DNA from: the human T2T-CHM13v2.0 reference genome, Homo sapiens
Strand: one strand, 5' to 3'
NCBI RefSeq assembly: GCF_009914755.1
Contig: NC_060938.1
Length of the DNA: 64,000 nt
Position numbers and translations under genes: made by a program. Shown here in pieces: positions 24,399 through 37,000 of this stretch. Below the pieces are notes generated by a model, which was given only the letters and a program-made list of their open reading frames with translations, was not told the origin of the DNA and did no database searches. Every line of letters starts with the position of its first letter. The first letter of the stretch is position 1.

Positions 24399-25004
24399 CA
24401 TCCCAAGAATAGAGACAAAATATAAAGTACTCTATGGAGTCTAAAATGTCAACAACTGGAACATATACTGTCTGTCATTTTAAAACTACTGTCTTTCTAG
24501 TGGTTTCCTTTCCAGAAAAAAAAAAGGAGGCAATGAAAGAAGAAAACACTAACAAATTAAATTTATACATCATTCATAAAATACATTCCCACTTCAGAAT
24601 ATTAGTGTTCAAAATTGTACATATTAGAATGGAAGACATATGGGCATTTCAATAGGATGATAAGAGCGCTGATACATACATGTGGATTATACAGAAACAG
24701 TACAAACAGTAAAAGGGATTAGCTCTGTCTCAGTGAGGAACTAAAGTAGGAAGAACTGAGAACTAAGTCAGACTTAAAGAATGAATACAAAATTTCACCA
24801 AGCAAAGGAGAAGGAGTTGGGGTGTTTTTAGGGAAAGCACATACCATAAAGCATACAGGTACAAAACTGAATTTAACATTCAGGTAATTGCACACACAGA
24901 AGTTTCAAGTAGCTAATACATCTCATATGTTACAAGGGTGGGAGGAGGGAGTGTCAACAGAGTTTATGTGTTGCTAGGAAACTTAGAAGAATTTATCCTA
25001 CAAA

Positions 25005-25218
25005 CCAAGCATCAGCAAACATTTTCTATAAAGGATCAGATAATAAATATCTTAGCTATATGATTTCTGTCATAACTACTCAATTCAACCACTGTATTGC
25101 AAAAGTAGCCTAGACATTGCATAAATGAATGGGAGTAGCTGTGTTCCAATAAAGTCTATTTACAAAAACAGGTGGCAGTCTGGATTTGGCCCATGAGCCC
25201 TACTTTCCCTACTTCTGA
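25005..25218 (+). mobile_element. MER58A-like hAT MITE
   Basis: cagcaaacattttctataaagg...gctgtgttccaataaag...ggatttggccc. Confidence 0.7.
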
Positions 25219-25239
25219 TAGGTAACCAACCTGAAAATG

Positions 25240-25620
25240 TACATATTTATCTATTTGTAAATGTATTTGTTTATTTTATAAATATATGTATTTTATTTTA
25301 TATGTGTATATTTGTGTGCATATAACATGTCTCAATAATATGTATATATTGATACGTTTCTTGATATATACACATGGATGTAACATTAGAATGAATATAT
25401 ATTATATAAAATATGAAGGCATGTATGTATACATATATGTATACTTTATGAAACATATATATTTGATATGGAGATATATTTTGGTATGTTTACATATATA
25501 TATACTAGTAAAGATAAATATACACACACATCTATACATACATACACATGTAGTATATGTAATGAAACATTTCCCAAAAAAGTTAAAATATTTAAAACAA
25601 AAAGTATAAAATATAAACAG
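25240..25620. repeat. TA-rich low-complexity tract
   Basis: Degenerate (TA)n/(TATG)n/(CATA)n. Confidence 0.8.
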
Positions 25621-26996
25621 CATTACAAACGCTCCATTTTGGAGAATGCTTGGTCAGTATAGGATAGCAGTTAAGATCTCAAATTTGGGGAAAAAAAAAA
25701 ATTGGAGTCTGCTACTTCCCTCATGTGTGATCTTGGGCAAGTAACTCAACCTCTTTATTCTTGGGTCCTTTTTATAATCATTAATATAGAAATAAGAAAT
25801 AAGAATAGTGCCCTTTAGTAATAGAAAAGAAAATAGATTACAGAGAAGCCAGAATAGGTAAGACAAGAGAGTACTACATGTCCTATACTGACCAAAGCAT
25901 GCTTAAGCCGGGGCAGTGGGAATAAGAAAGAGAATGTTGCAAATTCAGGAGATATCAGGATGTATAAATAGGCATGAGGTAGAAACTAATTATATGGAGG
26001 AGAGAATAAATAATTTCTATGTTCTTTGCATTTTAGGCTTGGATGTCTGGATGGAGGATGATGCCACACACTGAGACAGGAAAGAAAAACATGTTTTGAG
26101 GAGACGATGAATTCAGCTGTGTATCAACATGCATTCTGAGGAACAGCATATGGAGATATCCAATGAGCAACTCCATTTGGAGGGCCAATGGTTAGGAGAG
26201 CAAATAGAGCTAGATTTAGGAATTATCACCTCTAGGTGATAATTTTTAATCAATTCCCAGGCAGACATACTAAGTAACAAAAGCCATGAGTAGGATAGTA
26301 GGCAAAACCAACATTTAGAAGACAAACTGTGAACACAGCAAAAAGATTCAAATACAAAGAATGTAAATAACTAAGACAGAAGAATTAGGAAAGGCAAGAG
26401 GCATAGAAGTCACAGGAAGAGTTTCAAGAAGGAAGAAGAAATAAGCAGGTAACACTAAAATAAGTAATGCAACGACATCCTTGGAATTGACAGAATTGCT
26501 AGCAAATTGGAATTGCTAGCAAATCATGCAAAGTCAATTTTACAAATACAGGTGGAACCCATTTTGCAGTGGGCAGAGGAAGAAATACCAGCTGAAAATA
26601 TGATAAGTATGATTTCTAATGTAGAACTGTCTTTAAATAATCTAAGTATTCTGTAAAGATGAAAAACTCTACAATTGTTAAACGGTGAAGAAGTCCATTA
26701 TCACATATATAAAAAAACTTCCAAAATTTTTTTCATACCTGATAAGTAGCTAAGAAAAGCTCAATATTTTTAGTCCTCAAAGACTTACAACAGAAATAAT
26801 TACATTTTATGAGGTATCAAAACATAAAAAATGTGTTGGTCTTTGTTCCAACAATTCCTGTGTGCATCTTTATGAAGTTTGATGAAGAAGCTAACAGCTT
26901 AGGATTGTTTAAAAACAAGTGATATTCTGGGTCAAATGATACTTAAATTATATCACATGAAACTTAATGAAACTTAATGGCATACAAATAAAAATA

Positions 26997-27454
26997 TGCT
27001 AAGGCTTGGATATAGTTTATTTGTCCTCACCAAATCTCATGGTGACATTTTATCCCCACTATGGCTGTTAGGAGATGGGGCCTACTGGGAGGTGTTTGGG
27101 TCACGTAGACAGGTCCCTCATGAACGGCTTGGTGTCCTTCTTGTAGCAGGAGTGAGTTCTTGCTCTCCTGAGGCTGGACTGGTTCTCAAGGGAACTGATT
27201 AGTTCAGACAAGAGTGGGTTGTCAGAACGCCAGGACATCCCTTGAATTTGGTCCCCCTTTACACATCCCCACTCCCCATTTGACCTCTTTTGCATTGTTT
27301 GGATGGAGCACAAAACTCCTCCCCAGAATTCCAGCAGATGCTAGAGCCATGCTTCTGGTACAGCCTACAGAACTGCGATCTAAATAAAGCTTTTTTCTTT
27401 GTAAACTATCCAGCCTCAGGTATTCCTTTAGTGTAACACAAAACAGACTAAGAA
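26997..27454 (+). mobile_element. MST-family (MSTC/D-like) solo LTR
   Basis: tgctaaggcttggatatagttt...cacaaaacagactaaga. Confidence 0.75.
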
Positions 27455-28329
27455 AATATATTAGAATAGCTTTGTCAAAATTTGTCATCCATTGAAGATT
27501 TTCTGGCAATGTGGAAATTCTAGCTTAGGCAACATATGGAGGTGTATTTGGAAAGCCTGGGGCAATATTTACCTTCCCTGAATTTAACAGTACATCCAAC
27601 ACTTATAAAAATTTCACCAATACTTTGAGCATTTGAGTAGGAAGCCTCATTATTGGGATAATACAGAAGCTGAGCAATGTGAACTCACCTAATAGAAACA
27701 ATTATATAATCTCAATATTATCATTATTAAACCTGAATATACATCCAGTCATTAAATTCCATAATTTAAATTAACACCTCCACTGAGAAGGTATCCTAAT
27801 ATTTTTCAAACACAAAGTATTCCTAAACCACATAAAAAGCCAGTGATACAGCTCATGACCACTCCTGAGTTGTGATTAATTTTTGTCACCAACTCCAGAC
27901 GACAAAAAAGATAGGGTACTGACTTTAATTTCTCTTATACTGAAAATTGAGATAAGAGAATGTGAAAGACAGAGCAACATTTACAATTTAAGTACAAAGA
28001 CTGGTACACACTTACACATATGCACGTATATTTGGGCATGGGAATCGGAGGCTGGAAAAACTACTGCTTTTGCAGGCTCTTTCTAAGAGAAAGCCCCATG
28101 GTTAAGTAGGTCTAATAACCCAAATGGGTTTGAACCAAGCAGGGAAGATATTAAAATGGGATGATGCTGAATTATTATCAACTTATCAGAAAATGTTTAA
28201 TAGATCAAGAAATAGTATGACGTGAGCATCACAAAGGAATGCAATTCTGAGGATGAAAAGTATTTTCTAAGAAAAACCAAAAAGCCCCCACACACATTAT
28301 CACATTATTAGGTACAAATCTACTTTTAC

Positions 28330-28462
28330 CTCTCCTAAATCTCCAGTCCTCCCCTTGTTCATCCTGATAGTTTGACTGTTGCTTGGAAATCTGAGATACT
28401 TGATGCTGTAAACCCTTTCGATCACCTTCTGCTTTCGTAAGTTGTGTACGCAGTTCTTCTAC
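28330..28462 (-). CDS. CEP128: CEP128 internal coding exon D, 133 nt, phase 0/1
   Basis: tgttag|GTAGAAGAA...AGGAGAG|gtaaaa; VEELRTQLTKAEGDRKGLQHQVSQISKQQSNYQDEQGEDWRFRR plus the first G of a split codon. Confidence 0.95.
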
Positions 28463-29561
28463 CTAACACATGGTCAAAAATCAAACATCGGTTTTCACAA
28501 TCAGAGAAAGACCTACTTCAAATGGGCTATTGTAAACACAAGTTGAATCCAGGTTAATCTCCTTCCAAGCATAGTGGAACGGTTTCCTGCTCCATTTCCT
28601 CATTCCTCTCATCTCTTCCACAAAGAATAAATGAATGGCTTTTCCTTCTCTGTGTCCACTGAGGCAAAGAATGGAATGTGACTAGATTTTTTTTTTCATC
28701 ACTTATTTTGTCCTCAGTCTACTCCATTACTATTAACCCAAATCAACTTCAATTAAGTATTATACTTCTTATATTTTTCAATTTTCACCCATTTGCTTTC
28801 ATGTGAACATGGTCTATTGGTTGTTAAATTCAAGATAAATGATCATGATTTAGCATATTTTGATACTAAAATCATGCTCAAAATAAGTATGTAATAGATG
28901 CTGTTGAATAAACTCTAAACTCCTTGAAGTCAGAAACTGATTTGTTTATCTTTCTATCCTTAGACTGCCAAATTACCTAGCACATAGCAGGTACTTCCAA
29001 ATGAACATTAAACAAGTTAACAGTGGCAAAAAGATTCAGCTAAAATCACAATGACAATCTAAACAAAGAAATCTCTTGCTTCCATAACTGAAACTGGAGA
29101 TTATAAGTTAGAGTTCCAAACAAATCAGAACGGAATTAAATACAAATATAAACTTCCAAAAAGGAAAGTTTGAACTCTGCCAAAATTAATTCCATGTGAC
29201 CACTGGCTGCAGAACAAAGTCAGCGAATATTTTCAAAGGTTTTGTAAAACAGGTGCTATCTTGTATTTTCAGCACCAATTGTCAGAATGTAATACTCCTT
29301 CTGAACATCTATAATGCTTGACATCTTTGCTTACCCTTAGCATATTCTGAAGGTGTGTTATATAACATACACTTCAAAACAGAAGAAAGTATAATTGCAG
29401 TTTGTATTAAACACAGACAGGCAGTTAGAAACCCATATGCCCTTATCCAATGTATGTAAGATGGTTATTTAAAGTTACTGAACTTTAAACATCAGAAGCG
29501 CCAAACTCCCATTATGGGCTGATGGAATGCAAAACGTTATACTTTAAAATTAAGCCTTATC

Positions 29562-29858
<297 letters not shown>

Positions 29859-30328
29859 TACCCTTATCTTTGGTTTAAAAGGGTCAAGTAGTATCTTGAA
29901 AACATGAATTAAAGACAATGACGTTATTCAAAGTAACCTAAACATGCAAAGGTCTGCTGCATGTAGTTTACTTCTTCCTTTACTTCCCAGTGCCTCCTGG
30001 AATAAAATTAAGCTCCTGGGAAAATTTTATCTTATACATTCAGTCTTACTTTTACACTGCTCATGCTAAGACAGATAAGTAGTAAGTTGTAGCAGCAATC
30101 AGCAAGATACACCATCACAGTGGGGACTCTGGCTGGTGTTTGTACTAGCTTTCTCTGAATTTCCCTGAAAGAATTTTATCCTTTGCTTAGGTGTGCTAAT
30201 ATACATTCCTTAGGAAAACATTTTTTCTAGACCTAGTTCTTTTTTTTCCTTTCACAAAGACATTTAAATAGAGCTACTCAATCCTGATTTAATGTAAAAG
30301 TATATTATAATAACTTGCATAGACTTAC

Positions 30329-30403
30329 CTGATGCAAAAGTGTTTCTCGGCTGCCTTCTGATTGATTCAATAACCTTCGAGATAGCTCCAATTCCTGTTC
30401 AAG
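30329..30403 (-). CDS. CEP128: CEP128 internal coding exon C, 75 nt, phase 0/0
   Basis: ctctag|CTTGAACAG...TTGCATCAG|gtaagt; LEQELELSRRLLNQSEGSRETLLHQ. Confidence 0.95.
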
Positions 30404-31011
30404 CTAGAGTTTCAACAAAGGATAAAGAAAAATGCCCAATGGAGCAGAAGATAACTAAATTATTATGGGCACAGTTTAAAAGGAGAAAAGTGGAAAAGTT
30501 TTCAGAAGACATTTACAGCTAATATAAAAGAATAAATATCTCACTATGAACATATATCAATACTTCCATTAAAATAATGTGAATCGTATAACATAAAGTG
30601 AACCAGACCAGGCCTCAGGAAGTCTGGGATCTAGTAAGTTTCATCTCAACTGTGAGCCAGTCCAAGTCTCTCCTCCTCTGGCCTCCATTCTATCATCTCT
30701 AAAATAAGTATTTTATATTAAACAGTCTCCAAGATCCCTTCCAGTTCTAAATCTCTTTAATCTAAATTCTAAGGCAATTTTTTTCTTTAAATTAGAATAC
30801 ACAGTGTCAAATTAACTAAAGTAGAATAAAAACTGCAGGGACCCAATAACTCAAAAGTTTCATCTAATTGGTGATTTCCTACATTCCTAATATTTCTAAT
30901 ATTTATAAGACATTCCTTAAATTTTTAGATGTCTAAATTCAGAATGAGACATTTAAAATTTCCTTAATGATACTGCCATTAGATAAATATCGATAAAAAA
31001 TGTGACCAGTT

Positions 31012-31285
<274 letters not shown>

Positions 31286-31489
31286 TCAAGTTGAAATATG
31301 TAATAGGATAGAACACAAGTTTCTTAACAATTTAGAGCTTATATGTGCTAGACTTGTTTGCATTCTGTAACAGTAAGATAGTTTTATAAAAATCACACAT
31401 TTATATTAAGATGCTTGTAAGTGCTTAGATTTGTAACACTTATCCTAAATTATCATTTCAGTTGAACAACTGCTATCTGTATATTAATC

Positions 31490-31860
31490 ATTTAATAACT
31501 GTACATGTGGTAGGTGTGCCTATGAAAGAACATGAGGGAGCCTTGTGGTGATAGAACAGTTCTGTATCCTGACGGTGGTAGTGGTAACAAGAATCTATAC
31601 AAGATAAAAATGGACTGAACTTCACACAAACACACACACACACACACAAATACAAATGAGTTATATATATAAAGCTGGTGAAATCTGTATAAACTAAGTA
31701 GATTGTACCAACACCAATTTCCTGGTTTTGATATTGAATGGCAATTATGCAAAATGTTACCATTGAGGCAAATTGGGTGCATGGGACCTCTCTGTGCATC
31801 TTGTTTTACAATATCCTATAAATCTATAATTATTTCAAAATATATCTTTAAATCCCAATA
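31490..31860 (+). mobile_element. Old L1M 3' end with (CA)n
   Basis: gattgtaccaacaccaatttcctggttttgatattg...gttaccattg. Confidence 0.65.
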
Positions 31861-32806
31861 TATAATTTTTTAAAAATTATACATGTGGCTCATAAAACAA
31901 ATGTCATATTAAAAAAAAGTAAAGTATAAGTGGGGATCACAGAATCCACATAAAATACTGTCCTGTTCTTCAGTCTCTATGGAGAAATAGAGTGAAGAAA
32001 TCATACTTGAAGCAAAATGACTTTGAACTCAACCAAAGCCCATATTGATCATAATCCCTGTGTAATTTCAACATCGCAACTCCCAAAGGGCAAATCTGAT
32101 GGCCTAACATACTTCGCTTACCCTAAAAGCAGCAGGGAAGCTGCCTTTACATGAGTTGGTGAAATAAAATAAAGGAGGCAATGGTAGGTAGAAAAAAGCA
32201 ATAATACGGAGTAAAGAACAGGGCAAATTTTCACTTCATCATTCATTACTTTGAGCTCATCCTTAAATCTACTTATTTGCAAATTAAGGAAGAGTTGTTT
32301 GGCCTCTGAATTCCTTTCTAACTCTAAAGTGCTAAGCTCTACGTGTTCATAGAAATGAACACACAGTTCATAAACATGAACATATGTCAAAGATCATTGA
32401 TATTTAATATAAATAGAGAATGTTTTCAGAACTGGCTGCTTACTATATCTGTCCACTATAATGAAAATGAATATAACCAAAATATTCAGTCTCCAAATGA
32501 CAGGTCTTTTCTAACCCTGCAACAAAGTCAAGTTCTTTAAATGTTTCCAACAAGAAAAAGTAAAGTTTAATTCACCTCTCAGAAAGGAGAATGGTCATAG
32601 ATGACAAGGTAGCAAACAACTTGCTTATCTGTTTTCAAGAGCAAGTCCTAGCAAGTAGAAGAGCCGTTGAACCAATTGACTCCACATAGAAAGATAAAGA
32701 ACTCACAATGTTCTAAAGGATCCTGGGGACACTTTTCAAGGCACTCAACAAATACCATTGGCCCCAAACCACTTTATTCTTTGAAAGATAACTTTTAAAA
32801 TCTTAC

Positions 32807-32893
32807 TTGATTCTTCTCAGTTTCAGTTTGTCTTAGCTTATTTTTTATTGCCCCCTCATGCTCATCTGCTTTAGCTTCTTGTTTCTTTAGTGC
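32807..32893 (-). CDS. CEP128: CEP128 internal coding exon B, 87 nt, phase 0/0
   Basis: ttccag|GCACTAAAG...AAGAATCAA|gtaaga; ALKKQEAKADEHEGAIKNKLRQTETEKNQ. Confidence 0.95.
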
Positions 32894-33649
32894 CTGGAAT
32901 GAAAGAGGTGGAAAAAAATTATCCCAAAATATGTACAAAACTGAAAGTCACTACTAGAATTTATTATGTATTAGGGCTGAAGAAGACATGGATATGAGTT
33001 ACACAAAATCTATAAATTACAGTCTGCTCATAAGAACACTTCAGTGGGGATAAAATATAAACAATTCCTGATCACCCTAATTAATATTCACTTTGTTTCC
33101 TTTTTTTCCCCATCTTTGGGAATTTTACTACATTATTTAGAGGGCCTAGATAGCTAACAGTTTTCTTGGAAACAAATATTCTTTTCTACAGATTCCCCTC
33201 TTTAATAAAATGAGGAAAAAGAAAGTTAAGAAAATACACATTTCAAAAGTTAACTATAAAAGTGTTTGCTTTGGTTTGTTTCTATGTTAGAACAAAATTA
33301 AACTTAAAGGGGAAAATTATACTTGGAACTGTCTTTCATAATATCTGAAATGCATTCCATTTGTTTAAAAAATATTTTTAACAATTTTAGTGTTTAGACT
33401 TAGCAAGGTGTATGTGTAAAGTCCATACAGCTTGTGAAAAGCCAACTGCCAGAAGCTTTTTCCAACAAGATCAACAGAAAAACAATTTTTAGGCAAACAG
33501 CAAAATATGTTAAAAACTGCTTTGATGCAAGTATACTCAATCAATTTCAGCTCCCTCTGCCATAATTCCTACTCTCAAATAGAAATTGAGTAAAGAGGCA
33601 GAGAGGCATCAACAAAATGAAAAATAATTTTGATTTGAGAATAACAATA

Positions 33650-34040
33650 TTATCATGCTTTTATAGTGTTTAGTATGTCCAGGCATTCTTCTTCTTACAT
33701 ATAATAAATAAATATATTACATATATTCAAAATATACATTTACTCCTCATGATGATTCTATGAATTATTATTATTCCAAGCCCATTTTATTAAAGGGGAA
33801 ATTGGAGCACAAGGAGTTGGATCATTTGCCTAACGTCACTCACCTACTTAGTGACAGAGACAGGATATAGATTCTGGCTGCCTGCCTCTTAACAACTGAG
33901 GGCACTGCTTCTTCATATTGAAATAATAATACCAAACTTATAGGGTAGTGGTGAAAACTAAATGGTTTGATATCTGTAGAGCACATAAAGCAATGTCTGG
34001 CTCCTAGCAAATGTGCAATAAAATGCAACTATTATTATTG
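33650..34040. mobile_element. MIR fragments in both orientations
   Basis: cccattttattaaaggggaaattggagcac...; aatgtctggctcctagcaaatgtgcaataaaatg. Confidence 0.6.
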
Positions 34041-34048
34041 GTAATAAT

Positions 34049-34096
34049 AGCCTGGGTAACAGAGTGAGACCCTCAAAAAAATTAAATTAAAAAAAT
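34049..34096 (+). mobile_element. Short Alu 3' fragment
   Basis: AGCCTGGGTAACAGAGTGAGACCCTCAAAAAA. Confidence 0.7.
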
Positions 34097-37000
34097 CCAA
34101 ATTTCTATGTTTAAGTTGGTTGAATAAAAGAAACTCTAATTCTCTTGGATACTTAGAAATTTGCTAAAATAATATTGTGCTACTCCTTTCTTCCTTACTT
34201 TCCCCTTAGAACATCTGATAAGTTGTTTATAATATTGATTTTCCAAAATAATGTACTTTTCTATTATAGCTCTACTTGCTGCCTAAAACTTTATTTAAGT
34301 CTCCTTTTTTCAATTTCTCCTTTTACTGTAAGTATATGTAAGTCTTAAGAAATTTTTGTCAATGATAACTTAAATTCTATTGTTTTCAATAAGAAGCAAT
34401 AGTGAGATACTAAGGAACAATCCAAAGCAAATTACTACATTTCCACTATATCATCTAGAAATGCCATTGAGTTTGAACACTAGCTCTGCTTTCTATATAC
34501 CATGAGTCAGTCAACAAGTAAACACAAATGCAATATTCTAGCCTAGAATATTGAACCAGTTTTTCTACATTACCTAGTTTAAAATGAAAGACAAAGAAGG
34601 AAAATCTGACACTTAAGACCCATTAAATATATCAATGATGCACCTGTAAACACTGAAAACACAGATAATACTCAAAGAGAGATATTTTTAAATCAACCAA
34701 ATCAAAATCACAAGCCATTTCTTTAAACCTTAATAATAAACGTGAACTAATTTACTACCTTTTTTTAAGGGTGTAAGCCTGCACTGGATTTCTTTTCCAT
34801 TTGACTTAAATCAAGCAACTTAGACTTATATTAAAACGGACCCAGTAAAAGCAGTTATAAAAGAAGAAAAAAAAATCACATGCCAATGAATTTCAATAAT
34901 TATGTTATTTTGTCCTTTAAAGCTTGTTTGTCTCCTAAGAGCAGTTTAGCTAAAAACTATCATGTGCCCTGCTCCAGGATTTAGATTGTCTTTTACACGT
35001 TGAAGATCACAGCAACAACAATGAGCCTTAATAGAGGGTCCCCGGGGCACATTTAAATCTTTAATAACAACAATTTTTCTTCTTTCCCTTAAGTGTGTCA
35101 TATCGTGTATTGTACTACTGCATTTCCTTAGAGGTAGGTGATTCTAAACTCTCATAGTTATATATAATAAAAAAAAAGGTAGTTTTTCTTTTCAGAGAGT
35201 AGTAAAAAGGGGAAAAGAAAAATGTTTGTAGACCTCTCACTTAACCATAAAAATCTCTACAACATTGACAACAAGCATGTTTATCAAGAGGCTCTAACAG
35301 ATAACACACTCCAAGATGTAGAACAAATAGGGAATTAAAGGCCCTTTGTCTGCTTTAAATGGACCAGCAAGCTTGGTTAAGAATGATGGCATGGGAATGA
35401 AATAAAAATCACATGTTAATTCCCACACAGGCCAATGAAATTTCCGGAGAAAAATTATAAACATAACCTATCCCAAGTTCTCCTAATCACTCAGCAGTGC
35501 TACAGTTGCACACCTTTGGTCACAAGGGCAAGAACATGTAGATCATTCACTGATAAACTAACAACACTATAGAAAAACAAGTCTGTGCTCATATTAAACA
35601 GTCAGCATCATTTACTTGAAGGTACAAACTATCAAATCAGATTTTTTTTCCAGTAACAATAAAGAATGAAAAAGTTATATCACTGAAAACTAGAAAATAG
35701 TTGTTCTTACTATATTTTGTAATTAAATTCTTCACATGGGTAGAAAATAAAAGCCAGTGAAAAAATATTTTAAGCTTAACAGAATATGATGTGATTCCAA
35801 TCCAAAGTAGACTACACGAGCTATAAATTGAAGTTACAAGTTGTTTATATTTATGTATATTAAAAATTTGAGGTAGCTTTAGGGACATTTTCAATCAAGC
35901 AAAAACTCAATATTAAGTACTGAGTATGTATAAAACACTATCATGGAAACTTTAATTAAAATTTTTTTAAGATGGAAATCTGATGTCTATCTCTAAAATT
36001 CTTTTTGGACGCTTAAACACAGCTCCAAAGCCATCAAACATCAATAAAATAATACATATTTTTAAAAGGACTCTATGCATAATACAGCAGGATTTTATTG
36101 CTCAGAACATGTACTACTCATTTATATTAACACATACTTTTTTTGTCATGTTCTTTGAATTTCTAAATTATGCTTTTTCTCAAATCAAATTAGAGATTCC
36201 TCCCCCATGAGAACTAGCTAAAGTAATGGAAAATTTTAGCCTTTAAGTTCATCCAGTTGAGGATTATCTGTGCCAACAAAAACCAAAACAAAAAAAAATT
36301 AAGTTTCTTTTCAAGGCAAAAAAAAACAAAACAACGCATTCACATTCTAAATCCCTGAACCAATATCTAATTTAAAAATAGCTAGGTGGGTATTACTTAA
36401 ATTGTTCAAAGAAATTTATTTTTCAGCCATGACCAAGGAAAGGAAATTCTATACCAACAACTACAACTTAAAAAATAAAAAATAAAACAAACCGCACACA
36501 CCACACACTTTGGTAGGTGAAAAGTAGAAATGCTTGATAAAAGTCCAAAAGGAATTCAATATTGATACTATTATGATACCATACATACTTGAGGGATATC
36601 AAAGTAAGGGAGAAATTCAAAAAACTTGGTATGAATTGAAATGTGTGTATTTTCCCGATGGAAATGGTAAGCACATAAGTCAAGTCACAAAATACAACAA
36701 TTCCTCTTTTTCAAAAGGTAATATCCAATATCACGTAGTTAAGTAGGATTGATCATATGTTAAATACTATTTCTAATAGTAACAGTAATCCTTAATAACA
36801 TTCCTTAAAGATATCTATGGTATTTAAACATAAAGCTCAAGGTTTTATTTTAAGAATGGCCTAGATGTGTTTTTTGTTTTTTTCATTTTTCTCTTCTTAT
36901 AAGATGTTTATTATTTCAAGAATCCCAAGAATCCACAAGGGCTCTTATAGGAATTATCTTGGTGGAAGAGATGGATGCTTTTTCTGACCTATTTTCTCCA

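Noticed and set aside
26493-26524. 17-bp period duplication GAATTGCTAGCAAAT
   Set aside because: Small slippage event in L2-like sequence with no sign of function.
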